From Octopus vulgaris (taxonomy: Eukaryota): a DNA stretch of 64,000 bases. The DNA lies in NCBI GenBank assembly GCA_951406725.2, contig OX597833.1, positions 31,682,001 through 31,746,000 of the forward strand. The letters are read 5' to 3'. Positions 1 through 14,019 of the stretch are shown piece after piece (positions within the stretch are counted from its first letter, which is position 1; every line of letters begins with the position of its first letter). A program made the position numbers and the translations under genes. A model generated the notes under the pieces. That model saw nothing but the letters and a program-made list of their open reading frames with translations. It searched no databases and had not been told where the DNA came from.

Positions 1-1297
1 TTATGTGTGTATGTATATCTTTTAGTAAGAAAATTGAAACCTAGTGTTTTTAAATAAAATTACTTTGATCACTCTTGGGATTGAAAATACAGTGAAGCAG
101 TATAAAGTAACTGGATAGGATACTTGAGAGATAAGACCCTCTTATTTCTAAAGTTTTAAGTAAAAGTTGAGCGATGAAAACTGTATAGAAGCCCCCCAAA
201 TAGACTATCCCTGTTTTGGAATGGTGAACTTAAAAATCACCATTTGGCCTTTGGCTGATTTTAGCAGTACAAGCATATGGGTCTAGTCCCCAGTCTGAGG
301 ATCATTTCCCATCTGTCTCAGAGAACCTTAAGCAAAAATGTAGGACACTGCCCCTCTAAATAAGCTATGCACACACACACACACACGTGTGCAAAATAGT
401 TTGGTAACTGTTCTGAGTTTAACATGCCTTTTACCTGCCCAGAGCCAAGTATATACCAATATGATGCAAAGTATTGGGTACTGCAGAGCAATTGACAAAC
501 CAAGTTTACAGTTTGGAATTCTTTTATTCTTGGTTTCAATTGATCTATTTTCTATGAGAGCATTACTCATTATGTGACACTTTACTGGATGAGATATCCA
601 GTGGGATTCAGCACAGTTTCTGTCCACCTAGTGTATGATATAAATTGAAAAACCAGTGCTTTTAAATACAATTGCTTTGTGGATTTTGTTTCACTTTGAG
701 TTGCACAAACAGTATCACTCATGACTGAAACTTATTCAGTGAGATTGAACCAAGAATTGTGTAATTACAATACAAACTTCTTAGTCTCAAGGCTTCTATT
801 TGTGGCCATTTCAATTCAGTTGTGTCACTAACATAAAAAACTTGATCATATTACATAAAAAATATTTCCAGTCGGTTGTGAGTTAGTGAGCTTATGTTTG
901 ACTAAATAATTTACAATATCTAGTTTTACCCCTTTTTTTATGCAAATTCAAATACTGCTATGGTCAGTATTGACCTTCATCCATTTGGGATTATAGAAAT
1001 ATATTGGGTGAATTCAACTGTTTACTTTTTGTTTGTACCTCCTTAGTAAAGAATTTGCATTATCATTATATCACTGATATAATGGTTTCTGATTATGCAC
1101 AAGGCCAGCAATTTTGAAGGGTAGAGGTTGATACTATTGGCTTCAGTGCTTGACTCATACTTTATTTTATCAATCCCGATAGGAGGAAAAGCAGAATTGA
1201 TCATAGCAGGACCTGAATTCACAATGTAAAGAACCAGAACAAATACTATTAGGAATTTTTCTAAAGCTCTAATGGTTCTGCTGTCTTGCCACCTATT

Positions 1298-1511
1298 CAT
1301 CATCATCATTCATATGTCCATGTTCCATGATAGCATGGGTGGGACGGTACCACAAGTCAGCCAGGCCGAAGCCTGCATCAGACTTCTGTGACTGTTTTGG
1401 CTGGATTTTTACAGCTGGATGCTCTTCCTAACACCAACCACTCAGCAGAGTGGACTTGGTGCTTTTTATGTGGTGCAAGCACAGGTGAGGTGAGTAGTGC
1501 TTTTTATGTGG
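1298..1511 (-). mobile_element. RTE LINE 3'-end fragment in a NAA50 intron
   Basis: (CAT)n tail plus ACAGCTGGATGC-CTTCCTAACACCAACCACTC, shared with the RTE 3' ends near 13640-13785, 30849, 55201 and 62871. Confidence 0.8.
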
Positions 1512-1810
1512 ATATCATTGAAATAATGAACATTGAATCTAAGAGGCCAATATTGCAGGTTATGTTCCTTGAATATTGATTACCTCTTCTTAGATATATG
1601 CTTACTGCCCAATGGGGAATTTGAACTAAAGAGGGTGAAACTGATTATCCAGTATCCATCCACTAGGCTTTGTCACATAGTAATATATTATATATTGATA
1701 TTTAAACTTGCCTTGTATAATTTACTTACATGTTGTAGAACTTTTGTCAATTGATAATGTAATTCAATGCTAAAGTTTCTTTTTTTTTTTTTTTTTGTCT
1801 CATTTTCCAG

Positions 1811-1930
1811 CCTATTTCAATGACATTGTTGTTGGTGCTGTGTGTTGCCGAGTGGATAACTCTGCAACACAGCGCAGATTGTACATAATGACTTTAGGCT
1901 GCTTATTTCCATACAGACGGCTGGGAATTG
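1811..1930 (+). CDS. NAA50: N-alpha-acetyltransferase 50 (NatE catalytic subunit), internal coding exon
   Basis: Polypyrimidine tract and CAG acceptor ending at 1810, GTAAG donor at 1931. Translates (A)YFNDIVVGAVCCRVDNSATQRRLYIMTLGCLFPYRRLGI(G), matching NAA50/San including the RRLGIG acetyl-CoA motif. The upstream exons are not found in the window. Confidence 0.95.
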
Positions 1931-4096
1931 GTAAGTTGTTTGTACATTCTACTGAACACCATTCAATTAGAATATTGGCTTAAGACTGGTGTGGCTTATC
2001 TGATGCAATGTGTTCAAACCTCAATGCTTGAGCTGTTTTGTGACCTAACTTTTGACTCATTCTATCTGAACATAGTTGCTATTCTCACTTTGTGGATGAG
2101 TGGTATTGGGATGTTATGTGGCTGTTAATTACTACACTCACAATGTTTTATTTTACATGCATATATGCAATAGTTTTATTTGTTTGTTGTTGTTTTAAAT
2201 CTATTTTGATATGTATTATTAGGAAATGTCATTTTACACCTTGAAAAAAAAAACCTTTCTAACCATTTTAACATAATGTGAGCATGGCAGCAACTGTGCA
2301 TTACAGATTTACTTGTTCGGCACTGATTGTTACTAATCGTCAATTTTCTGATCACAAGAATGTGTGAATGTTTATTCATTGGAACAAAACAACTTAGGTT
2401 TAGGACGTCTAGTATGACATTTATTACAACTGAATGTTGAATACTGTATTCACCATTTTCAGTTGTAGTAAATGTTTTTAAATGTGAGATGGCTGAATGG
2501 ATAGAATATTGAACTCCCTTTCTAGAAGTTGCATATTCAAATCTGCTACTGTCATTTCATTGTTTCTAGGTTGGTACACTTTATATTGCCTCAGCTTACC
2601 TAGCTGTTAATAATATACAAAAGAATCTTTTCCAGCTTCATCTTGTTTTGTTACTGTTGGGTCCAAACCCTGATGCTAATTATGGTCTGTGTATGATGAC
2701 TGTTATGCAATGGCCTAGTCCATGTTAAATTTGTTATGTGCAGGTGAGCCAGCTCTACCCATTCTTTAATTTCATCTGCAGCAGATCCTCAATGTAACAG
2801 GTTGATAGATTTGTATATTCTCACTGATAAAATATTAGTGACTGAAGCAGTATTAATACCAAAAGGCAGTCTTGATCTCCAAATTACTGCTGAAGGCTAT
2901 CTTCATTTCCAACATTGTGTGGGTTGTATTAAAATACAGAATGCCTTTGATATCGACTCATGGTGCATAAAAACACTTGTATTTGTATCACTGACAGACA
3001 AAAACTATCTGCTACGACTGCCAGAATTACCAGATCATATGATTTCACCTTACTTTTGGCTCCTCAGTAACAGATAGATGTCCAGCAGCAACATAACTGC
3101 TGAATCTCCCATCAACAAGCTCATATGAGAAAACCTTTCAAGCTGTTGCTGCTGGACATGGCAATGAGGAGCCCATAGGACAAAATCATTATGTGATCTG
3201 GTACTTTCAGCAGTTACAGTAGACAATTCTCATCAATGATACAAATACGAGTGCTTTTATGCACCCCAAGTCCATATGTAAGGCACTCCTATGGTAAATA
3301 ATGAAGTATTCTGTGTTCTAACACAACCTCCATGGAGATAAAGATTGCTTATCTTCAATTTAGACTTAATTTGTCAGGGACAGTAGTGACTGACAAAAAA
3401 GGTGGGGCAGTTGTAATAATGAAACTGGTCTGCCAACTATACACATTATTTGCAAATTCTTTCTTTAAGGATTAAGGATTACCAGTGATATTGAAGAGTT
3501 AGAGTATCTTCCATTAAACTCAGTTTCTTTGAAATAAACTCTCTCAGATGTTTTGATTACTCTTTTGTTTTTCTCCCTGCAGTTATTAGCCAGAGATGCT
3601 TTACTGAACTATTTATATTATCTCTGACTATAGCATTGTAGATTCTAACTGATACTTCTGAACAAACTTAACTTTTCTGTATTGACTATTTAGTAGCAAC
3701 ATTTTTTGTTATAATGTTCTGTTATTTTGATGACACTGTTTCCTAGTGTAGAAAATTGAACTCCTGTTTCTCTCTTTGATTATTTAGGTTTATGTTCTTA
3801 GTTTTCTCTGCAGCCCTTAAATAAATTTTTATTTCCTCTTCTAAATCTTGTTACTTTATCTGCTGCCACATTGAGACTCTTCATTTCTGCCCTCATGGTT
3901 TTACTTTTAATGTCTTGCATTTCTCTAAACTTTTTGCCCTCCCTCTCCCACACGTTGAATAGATATTCAGTGGTGATCAGAAATAATCAATAGCAAGTAC
4001 ATACAATTTCAGAGATAAATTATTGAAAATGTACTCTTTTCCTTAAACCATTTTAGTAGCATATTTTTGGCTGTAAACTTTTTCTTTCATTTTCAG

Positions 4097-4163
4097 GCAC
4101 AGTGATGTTGAATCATGTTTTAAAAATCTGTGAAGAAGATGGAAACTTTGATAATGTTTTCTT
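4097..4163 (+). CDS. NAA50: NAA50 internal coding exon
   Basis: TTTCAG acceptor and GTAAG donor, phase-compatible with both neighbours. Encodes (G)TVMLNHVLKICEEDGNFDNVF(L), similar to human GTKMLNHVLNICEKDGTFDNIYL. Too short to appear in the ORF track. Confidence 0.95.
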
Positions 4164-5616
4164 GTAAGTATCTTCCTTGCTTTATATCATAGCATCAATA
4201 TTATTGAGGCAAACCAGGGAGTGCCATTGTATGTATGACTGATTTAGTCAATAGTCAACATTTACTTACTAATTATGATTTTTACACCTGTTGTAATTTG
4301 CCATGTAAGGAGCAAGATAAGGCCAACAAAATTGTCTTATAGATATTAAGTAATGTATGTGTATCTTGGTTTTACAATAAAGTTCATGATGTTATGAGAG
4401 GTGACTAAAATGATTAATGAAAAGAAGGCATCCAGCATGAAAAAGCAGTCGTAATATTTATGTAAATTAGGGGAAGTTGTGCTTATCTTTTGTTGTAAAA
4501 TGTTCTTTAATATTGTGTGTAAATCATCAATATAATAATATTAATATGCCAATTTGTTTTTTGTACGTACCTGATGCATGTGTCACACTTAAGAGAAAGA
4601 AATTTTGTTGCTTAAAGATTTCTTGTAATTTCTGGAAGAGATTTGAAACCACCACCTATGTGTTGTTTTACTACTTCTCAACACCCATGCCTACAGGTCC
4701 ACTGAAGCAGCAACAATCTTAATGGGAAAATTTGATGTGTGTGCAAAGGAGAGAGGAAGTGAGAAGGAGTGGCTGAATTCCTTTGAATTCCTTTCTGTGA
4801 TTGAACTGAAATTAACCCCTGGCTATTAAAGGCCCAACCACACACACACACACATTTGTTTTAGGTCTTCTGCCTCTTTGAATTTGGCCATACACCAGAT
4901 AATATGTTAAGTCTTATGTTCCAAAATTTAAATTTTGATTTTGTTTTAATTATAAAATTACACCTCATTTAAAAAACTACTTTTGGTTTTCGAATACAAC
5001 CTTTTCTTTCTCTTTCTATATTTTTGTTAAGTTACAATTTCTCTATCTTGGTCTGGATTTTTCTAGTTTCTTGTATCATGTGAAAACATTAAAAAAAAAA
5101 AAATTAAATTCAGAGCCGAACAAAATCAAAAATATTCTATTTTTCCCTTTCCTTAATACTAACAAGAGCATAGTATGAGACAGATTTGGCTGTTATTTCT
5201 TGCAAATTGAACAACCACATAGTCGTTCAATTGGCTCATTTGTTGATGTGCATAAGTAAACAAAGACTAAGGCACATACACACACATATACATATATGAA
5301 TGTGTCTGTGTTTGTCCCCACCACCACCATTGCTTGACAACCAATGGTGTGTTTGCGTCCCTGTAACTTAGCTGTTCAGCAGAGGAGACTGATAGAATAA
5401 GCACCAGGCTTACAGGGAATAACTCCAGGAGTCAAATGACTGAAACAAAAGAATACAAGAAAAACGTTTCATACCACTAAAGCAAGAGGGTTCTCTGAAT
5501 ATGTATGATGTATTTTAAAGCTAAATAGTAATTCTATTTACGTTTGCGTAACAGATATTTTGGTTGGATTATATAGTTATCAGTTTTACCTTTCTATATT
5601 CTGTAACTGTCACAAT

Positions 5617-5816
5617 ATACTTTTCTACTATAGGCCTGAAATTTTGGGTGGGAGAGGGCCAGTCAATTAGATCGACCCCAGTATGCAACTGGTACTTCAT
5701 TTATCAACCCTGAAAGGCAGTGGACTGTGGCAGAATTTGAACTCAGAACGTAAAGACATGAAATGTCACTAAGCGTTTTGCCCGGCGTGCTAACTATTCT
5801 GCCAGCTCGCCACCTT
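5617..5816 (-). mobile_element. tRNA-derived SINE, family A (Meta-domain-like core)
   Basis: Reverse strand reads AAGGTGGCGAGCTGGCAGAA...GAGTTCAAATTCTGCC (B box)...GGGTTGATAAATGAAGTACCAG. Homologous to 14020-14631 and 14765-14945. Confidence 0.75.
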
Positions 5817-6283
5817 TAACTGTCACAATACAGAAACATTTCTCATGGCACCAGCATACAATTTACTGATACTTACATTTTTTATGGGTCCAACTAGTTA
5901 TTATTATTATTGCCACTGTATTTTCTATTTTTTTCTTTCAATTGCAATACCACCTTTAGTAAGATATACTTTGCCAGGTTATCAATCTTATCTTTAGAGT
6001 GTGAACTTTTATAATGTTTTGATTGGTTTGATATCCAGTCATTACCAGGTAGGTTTGTTTTTTCCTGACTACTGTTCCAAACTGAATTTGAACTAGGAAA
6101 CTGATGGTAATCTGAGATGAAACTTAATGAAATATAGTGCAGATAAATATCACTACTCCTATATGCTCTAAAGAGCAGGTTAATAGTCAGGAAATTACTA
6201 ACTCATTTCAAGTGTTTAATTACTCCCCACTTCCTTCTTTGTAGCTAGCTTACCTCTGGTGTGTGTCTTTTTATTGCTTGCAG

Positions 6284-6458
6284 ACATGTCCAAGTAAACA
6301 ATGTTGGAGCAATAAAGTTTTATGAAAAATTTGGATTTGAAATAGTTGAAGAAAAGAAGAATTACTACAAAAGAATTGAACCAGCAGATGCATACGTTCT
6401 ACAAAAAACTTTTACAAAAACCAAACAGCAACAAGCTTTACGCCGTATTGAAAAATAA
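6284..6458 (+). CDS. NAA50: NAA50 terminal coding exon
   Basis: TTGCAG acceptor. Encodes [43 protein letters not shown]...IEK*, with TAA at 6456-6458. Candidate polyA signals are ATTAAA at 6645 and AATAAA at 6871. Confidence 0.95.
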
Positions 6459-7689
6459 TTTTCAGAATTTGAAAGAAAAACAAAATCTTTTCTCCTTCCT
6501 CAAAAAGCAGGCCATGTGATGATCAATGTTTTTGTACATAAACAAGCAGTTGTCTGACTTGGAAGAATATATATATGTGCATGTGTTTGTATATATAGAC
6601 AGATATACCTGCACACACACATATAATGTATGTATATAAAGTTTATTAAAAGTTACATGACTCGATTTATTTTATGACTGGGAAGATTCAACATTTCTAT
6701 CACATTTCACAATTAACCTGAGGGAATAATTTTTTTGTCTGCTCTTTCTATCCCTCTGTTCTGGGTTTTTTTGTGCAGATTTTATTTTGTTTGATTTGAA
6801 TCAACATCCTGTCAAATACCAAAATTACCAAGAACCTCTTTTTCTAATAGATTTGGTGTTGATGACTGGGAATAAAAATTGTTTGGTAATGTTTTTCTTT
6901 CTTTCCTCTTTTCTTGACTTTCTACCTGACTTTTTTTCTCTCCTTCTGCCTTTCCTTGTTTCATCTTGAATCTATCCATTTTTACATACATGGGACAAAA
7001 CGGGCTGATCTCAAGCTGTTGAGCCTCATGGAGGAGATGACAAAGGACCAAGATGATTGGTGATTTGTTGTGCTCAAGAAGACCTGTCCTTCTTGAGGAC
7101 CATGGAGGTCCTAAAAGCATTGTTTTTGTCTGGGGCTTGACCCTTCACTCAATCTCATCTTTCTACCACCTGTTTCTCTACTCTTCTAACTGGTATTATT
7201 CAGCTGCTGTAATCACGAGAATAGAATCTGCACATATTCATCCTTTTTGCGCAACCAGTTACTGCCTCATTTCCCTTGAACCACTTTCTTTTAAAATCTG
7301 TCCCTCAATCTCAATATGATACTTTCCAATTTTATTTTCCACCAATCATCCCTTTCAGTACTTCCAGTTATCTCTTTCTCTCCTCTGAGCTACATAGAAC
7401 TATTTTCTTTGTCTTTAACCCTCTCAGTCCTAGGCCCCTGTGATTAATTTTACCCTCCACCTGGGCTCCTGAGCAAAAAGATAAATAGTTCTATATGCAA
7501 CTTGAGTAATCATTGCTGGAAAACTAATAAACGAAATAATAATAATAGGCCTGTCTCTCAATCACTTTGTTTGTTCACTCAGATTGCTACTTTCTTCATC
7601 TCTTTCATCAGTTTGATTGTCTAAATCACTCATTGTTTGTATAATGGTAAACTCTTCATCTGAAGAATAAATATCAATAATTTCCTCAA

Positions 7690-8025
7690 GGTGCAGGTAT
7701 GGCTCTGTGGTAAGAAGCTTACTTCCCAACTACATGATTCTGTTTTCAGTCCCACAAAATGGCACCTTGGACAAGTGACTTCTACTATATCTTCAGGCCA
7801 ACCAAAGCCTTGCGAGTGGATTTGGTAGACAGAAATTGAAAAAAGCTCATTGTGCATGTCATTGTATCTGTGTTTGTCCCACTTGACAACTGGTGTTGGT
7901 ATGCCTGTATCCCAGTAGCTTAGTGGTTTGGCAAAAAAGAGAGAATGAGTACTGGGGTTAATTCATTTGACTAAAAATCCAAGGTGGTGCCCCAGCATGG
8001 CCACAGTCTAATGACTGAAACAAGA
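7690..8025 (+). mobile_element. tRNA-derived CORE-type SINE, family B, diverged copy
   Basis: Colinear similarity to 14179-14568: head, CTTGGACAAGTGACTT core and GGTGGTGCCCCAGCATGGCCACAG tail. Confidence 0.8.
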
Positions 8026-9369
8026 CTTTTATTGGAAAAGGGCATAACTACAGTTTAATACCTCACTGACTTTGTTACTTGTTTACCACATGAAATGCTG
8101 GGTTTATCATATGCTAATTTCATTGCAAAAAATTTTTTTTTCGTCCTTGATTGAAAACAGAAAGAGTAGCTATGGGGTACACCATTAACAATGAGTCATT
8201 AAACACACTTCACTACAAAGCTGTAACATGATAGGCTGTCTATTTTTAATATTTTATCTCCTTTTTCTAGGTGTATTGTTCATTACCACTTTAATGGAAA
8301 TTTGGTAGATTACGTTTATGCTATTCCCACTGTACTAGGAACACAGCGTGATAGGGTTAACAACTGTTATCTACTGTTGATGGTCTTCCCACTGCAACCA
8401 CCCCTTCTGACTTCCATCTCTGTCTGTACATTTCTCTCTCTCCCTGCTTACAGGTTTATTATACTGCTGCTTTTCACCCTTCCTGTACTGCCACATCACC
8501 TTTTTCCCAAGCCACTTTTATTTTACCCTCTTTCCACCCCATACTGATATTTACCATCAACCATACCACCATCCTTTACATGTGAACTAATACAAAATGA
8601 ATTGTGGATTACTGTGCCCCCCATGTTTAAAAGAATTCTAAAACCAATAAGCACATAACATTTTTTCTGAAATACTATATTGAAAATTAATCCCTTTCAC
8701 ACTTATAAAATGTTAACCAAACTTTAAAATTTGTCATTACCATTATTGTCAGTATGGGCAGAACTTATGAATTGTTTACTGCAAAGGAGAAATTAAATGT
8801 GTTGAATATGCATTTGAACATGACAATATAGCTGCCAGAAGATATTTTAATGTTAATGAAGCCAATGTTCGAAATTGGTGTAAACAGTATGACAAAACTG
8901 TGCCTAGTAATAAACAGACAAAAATAAAAACATACAGTCAGGAATATCCATATCACTATGTATGCCAATGGTGCTCCATTTTGATAGGTAGAAACTCCAA
9001 GCAATGTAAAATATGGCCTGGACTGTGTTTACCAGCATGAACGTCAGACTTCAAAAAGTAGTTAACCATTTAATGGTTTTAGTAAATTTTATGCAGAAAA
9101 AGTAAACATTATACAGTCCAGCATAAATAAAAATCAACTTCGTTATATTGAAGCCATTATTTTTTCTGTAAAAACTTATTCTGACATTAAATGAGTCAAC
9201 TTCTGGTACGAATGTTTGTTTTGTATGTATTTTTCCAACAAAAAAAAATTTCAAAACATTTTGGAAATGATCTACTCATGTAATTTATGCACCTCCTAAA
9301 GTTTATTTTTATTTTTGCAAAAAAGTATGTAAATTACATGGGTTTTTACAGTAATCTAGCAAAAATCAG

Positions 9370-10092
9370 ATGTATTTCAATAAAAATCTGTACTCATTCT
9401 CTTGATAGGAAGTCTCTTTCAATGTGGAACCCTAACCATTGATGCCTGCACAAAATGGTCCTCATTTATTCCGTATATCACAGAGCTCCTGTAGTGTTAG
9501 GATGTTAATTAGCCTCCCTTTCAACAATGCTCTAAATGTTGTAATCATGAGATTTGAATATGGTACTTGGAGGCCACAAGTTATTTTGCATAATCGCAAA
9601 AAGTGTCTTGACATCCATTCTTGAGTTACATAAGCTTTGTAAGGTGCTGAGTCTTCTTGAAACATTCAGCCTTCCACAATATACTTCATACATTAAGTTT
9701 CCTCAGTACTCAGTGCAGATAGTCCACTCAAACTCGTAGAGTTCTTTGGTTTAGGTCCTCATTGAGTTTTCCAGCATCATCATCAATAGTGTTTTGAACC
9801 TGTTTGGATGAGTTATTGTGTCTGAACAACCAGAATGCCCCCCTCGTTTGATACAATTGAAACATTCTCATCAGAGGCTTCCAATTACATCTGATCTTGC
9901 AGCATTTAGAGAGATGGCAATTTCTAAATCCTGTGTTCCACACTCGTGACAACAATGATTGCATAACTTTTATATCTCTTGTGTTGGTTTTTTATCTGCT
10001 ATAGGGAATCTGAAAGAAGTAAATTTCTATTGCTTTCAGTTTGAAAATAGCATTAGACTGATAAAGTATCCTCAAATATTCTTTGCACCCTG
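9370..10092 (-). mobile_element. Highly degraded Tc1/mariner (maT-like) transposon remnant
   Basis: Minus-strand peptides QDLEIAISLNAARS (HTH-like), FQEDSAPYKAYVTQEWM (similar to FQQDSAPAH) and WPPS...DYNI*SIVERE (similar to WPPNSPDLNPLDY). CAGGGTGC-type terminus at 10092. Confidence 0.55.
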
Positions 10093-10260
10093 TGTGTGTA
10101 TAAATCGTCATTTCAAGGACTTACAAGATGATGAGTAGATATGTGATCCTCAAACCAGTGATTTGACCAGAATACATGCAACTTAATAGGCTCTGCACCC
10201 AAGACTGTTTATTATGTTAAGCTAGATAACATTAAGTCTGCCAACCAAGAACTCAGAATA

Positions 10261-11388
10261 CAAAGTCTCATCAAAAAGTATCTGGACTATTTCTATGATA
10301 AAAGAACTAAAGTACACAGAGTGAAGCTACTTTGCACAAATTGACTTTGAACTCTGTTGTATATGCACACTAAGTTATAACATTCTCACTCACTTCCATC
10401 ATTTATTGCTGTGCTTGGAAGTGAAGCGTGTAGAGTGTGGTTGTCATGCCACAGCACATATTCCATTAGTGACCATGGCAGAAAATTTGCATCAAATTTG
10501 CTAAAAACTTGTTGATAACTACACAGAGACCTATGGAAATATGCAGTAAGTATATGAGTGGTTCACACATTTCCAAGTTGGCCAGCAAAATGTTGATCAT
10601 AACATACGTTCTGGGAGACCCACAACCAGCAGAACTGATGAAAACTTAGCGGATGTGCATACAGCTGTTCAGAAAGACTTGAATGGGTGTGTGTGAGTTG
10701 TCGAATGATGTAATTATAGTTCAGTTCAATCCATTCTTATTGAAGATTTGGGTATGAGACCTGTTTGTGCCAAAACTGCTTTTAATTGACCAAAATCATT
10801 GAGTTTCAGCTGCACAGAATCTTGTGTTGGGGAAAACAGAAACATTTTGAAATAGTCATAACAGATAATGAATAGGGGATCTATGGCCATAACACTGAAA
10901 CTAAGGCTCGGTTTTTGCATTGGAAGACCCTAACCTCTCCAAGGCTAAAGAAAGCATAAATGAGTCTTAGCAATGAGAAAACACTGTTGATAGTTTACTT
11001 TGGCTACAAGGGTATTTTTCATCATGTATATACTCCACCTAGTCAGCAAACAAAGAGTACTGCTGTGACATGTTTCAGTGTTTGTAGGATGTTCTCTGTT
11101 GGAACAGGACAGAATTGTATGCATTCAGTGAGTGGTAACTCCACTAAAAACTTGCCTGCCTGTTCATCATATCTTGTGCAGCAGTTTCTGTCCCAGCACA
11201 ACATTTCAAGAAGTCAGGGAATTTGAGAATGCAGTGAGGCAGCTGCTTGCTATCCCAAAAATGGAGTTTCAGGAATGCCTCCACCAAAGAAAACGACACT
11301 GGATGAAGTGTGTGCTTTCAGAAGGGGACGACTTCAAAGGTGATTAAATCCCGAATTGATATGTGTTGTATTTTTTGATCAGACATCT
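10261..11388 (+). mobile_element. Degraded mariner transposon
   Basis: Peptides KTLLIVYFGYKGIFHHVYTP and LLAIPKMEFQECLHQRKRHWMKCVLSEGDDFKGD*, typical of a mariner C-terminus. Partial TIRs TA|CAAAGTCTCATCAAAAAG and TTTTTGATCAGAC. Confidence 0.7.
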
Positions 11389-11584
11389 GCAAGTGAGTCC
11401 TACACTCAAAGAATGTCAGTTAGCAAAACCTTTTTATTCTATAATTGATGGAATTAACATGGCTTATTTCTGTGAATTTAACATAAGCAGAATCTGAAGA
11501 CCTAGTTCTAAATGGTGGTAATTGTTTCAAATTTTGGCAGATCAGCAATTTTAGAAGGAAGAAATTAGTCAATTTCATTTAGAA

Positions 11585-11915
11585 GTTTCCCAACCACATG
11601 GTACCAGGTTCTGTCCCACTGCATGGCACCTTGGATAAGTGTCTTCTACTACAGCTTTGGACTGATCAAAGACTTGTGAGTGGATTTAGTAGATGGAAAC
11701 TGAAAGAAGCCTATTGTATATGTAATATATTTGTGTCTTTGCATCTCTTTGTCCCCCCACCACAGCTTGGAAACTGGATTTAGTGTGTTTACATCCTTGT
11801 AAATTAGTGGTTCAGCCAAATCATCATCATCATCATCCTAAAATAATTACTGTTGATTCATTTGACTAAAATAAAATTCTGCAATTCTAATGACTGAAGC
11901 AAAAGATAAAAGATA
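11585..11915 (+). mobile_element. CORE-type SINE, family B, diverged copy
   Basis: Similarity to 14179-14568, including GTGAGTGGATTTAGTAGATGGAAACTGAAAGAAGCC. Confidence 0.75.
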
Positions 11916-12044
11916 CACGTAGAAGAATATACATGCACTATAACCTAGAAAATACAATTGATATAACACAAATATTAACTTAACTTTGTCCAGCAACATA
12001 TATTAGAAACCCTATGATAAATTTAAAGTAAAACTATAATTTTT

Positions 12045-13785
12045 AAACTTAGGGGTAGATGAATGGTTAGTGAGAGCTGTGCAAACCATGTACAGGGACG
12101 CTGTCAGCAAGGTAAGGGTTGGCAACAAGTACACTGACGAATTCAGAGTAGAGGTAGGGGTCCACCAAGGTTCAGTCCTCAGCCCCCTCCTATTTATCAT
12201 AGTCCTCCAGGCAATAACAGGAATTTAAGACAGGATGCCCCTAGGAGCTCCTCTGTGCTGATGACCTGGCTCTAATTGCTGAGTTGCTATCAGAACTAGA
12301 GAAGTTTCAAGTGTGGAAACAAGGATTAGAATCAACCAAAGTCCTAGTAAGTAGGAAGGCAGGCAAACCACAAATCCCTTCAGGTAGATGGCCCTGCTCA
12401 ATCTGTAGTAGAGGCATAGGTAGAAACTCTATAAGATGTACCCAGTGTAAGCAATGGACACATAAGAGGTGCAGCAATATCAAAGGAAAGCTAACTGGGA
12501 AGAAAGTTTTTGTATGTGGCAGATGCTCAGGAGTAATAAACACTGAAAATGCGCAGAGAACAACATCCGCCACATTCCATGGAGAAAAACTAGAAGTAGT
12601 TGATAGCTTCTGTTACCTCGGTGACCAAGTCAGTAGCAGGGGAGGGTGCGCTGAAAGTGTAGCTGCTAGAATAAGAATAGCTTGGGCAAATTTCAGAGAG
12701 CTCTTACCTCTGCTGGTGACAAAGGGCCTCACGCTCAGAGTAAAAGGTAGACTATGACGCATGTGTACGAACAGCCATGCTACATGGCAGTGAAACATGG
12801 ACTGTGACTGCTGAGGACATGCGTAAGCTCGCTAGGAACGAAGCCAATATGATCCAATGGATGTGTAATGTCAGTGTGCATACTCAACAGAGTGTAAGTA
12901 TCTAAAGAAAAGTTGGACCTAAGAAGCATCAGATGTGGTGTGCAAGAGACGACTGCACTGGTATGAGGATAGCTGTGTGAAAAAGTGCCACACTCTAGCC
13001 GTTGAGGGAACCTGTGGAAGAGGAAGACCTGGGATGAAGTGCTGAGGCACAACCTTCGAACTTTAGGCCTCACCAAGGAAATTTCTCATGACCAAGACTT
13101 TTGGAAATATGCTGTGCATGAGATACCCGGCAAGCCAAATGAGTCCATAACTTCATGGCCTATGCCAGGAGCGTAACCAGCCCACTTATGCGTACCTTTT
13201 CCTTTTTTGGACACTAAACTCTGCTTGCGAAGACCTGTTGAGGCAAGTGAAATCAAAATCAAATTAAATGACTGGCATCCGTGCAAGCGGGGTGCAAAAA
13301 GCACCATACGAGTGTGATCGTTGACAGAGCGGCTAACCAGCTTCCGTGCCAGTGGAACATAAAAGGCACCATTCGAGTGTGATTGTTACCAGCATTGCCT
13401 TACTGGCATTTGTGCCTGTGCTAGCAGGGTGCAGAGAGCACCATCCGAGCGTGATTGTTGCCAGAGCGGCTAACTGGCTTCTATGCCAGTGGCACGTAAA
13501 AGGCACCATTCGAGTGTGATCGTTACCAGTGTCGCCTTACTGGCACCTGTGCTGGTGGCATGTTTAAAAAGTTTTGAGTTGCCAGTACCGCCTGACGGCC
13601 CCGTGCTGGTGGCATGTAAAAAGCACCCTCTACACTCTCGGAGTGGTTGGCGTTAGGAAGGACATCCAGCTGTAGAAACTCTGCCAGATCAAGATTGGAG
13701 CCTGGTGCAGCCATCTGTTTCGCCAGCCCCCAGTAAAATCGTCCAACCCATGCTAGCATGGAAAGCAGACGTTTAAACGATAATG
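12045..13785 (+). mobile_element. 5'-truncated RTE-clade LINE (RT pseudogene, Cys-rich insert, minisatellite 3'UTR)
   Basis: GVHQGSVLSPLLF, ELLCADDLAL, WPCSIC...CTQCKQWTHKRC, LEVVDSFCYLG and LHGSETW motifs, with stops and frameshifts. The 3'UTR has GTGGCACGTAAAAGGCACC repeats and a GAT-type tail. Confidence 0.92.
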
Positions 13786-14019
13786 AACCCTGTGGAATTT
13801 TAGACATCATTCAATCTCCTTCATACAGAGAAAGATAAAGAAATTATCCCATGTTTAATGTTTTGTTGATCATCAGAGGGCAAGTATTCTTTCATTCACT
13901 GCCTACAAAGGAAATTTATAGCAACTTGCTATTTAAATAAGACGAAAGCTAGAACATAGATATAACAGGTTGATTGATGTGCATACCACACATTTGTTAG
14001 CAACAGGATTAAATAATAA

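Noticed and set aside
1-1810. Search for the N-terminal NAA50 exons
   Set aside because: No frame encoding the expected ELGD.TPHN.KQL...FPVSY sequence was found, so these exons presumably lie upstream of the window.
6812-7319. ORFs downstream of NAA50
   Set aside because: No recognisable protein motifs; likely 3'UTR and old repeat debris.
9280-9353. Possible pogo/Tigger-type right terminus (GGTTTTTACAG|TA)
   Set aside because: No matching left TIR or transposase remnant could be identified.
13270-13630. Regularly spaced repeats resembling a CRISPR array
   Set aside because: The units are degenerate, the intervening sequences are related to each other, they lie in a LINE 3'UTR in eukaryotic DNA, and no cas genes are present.
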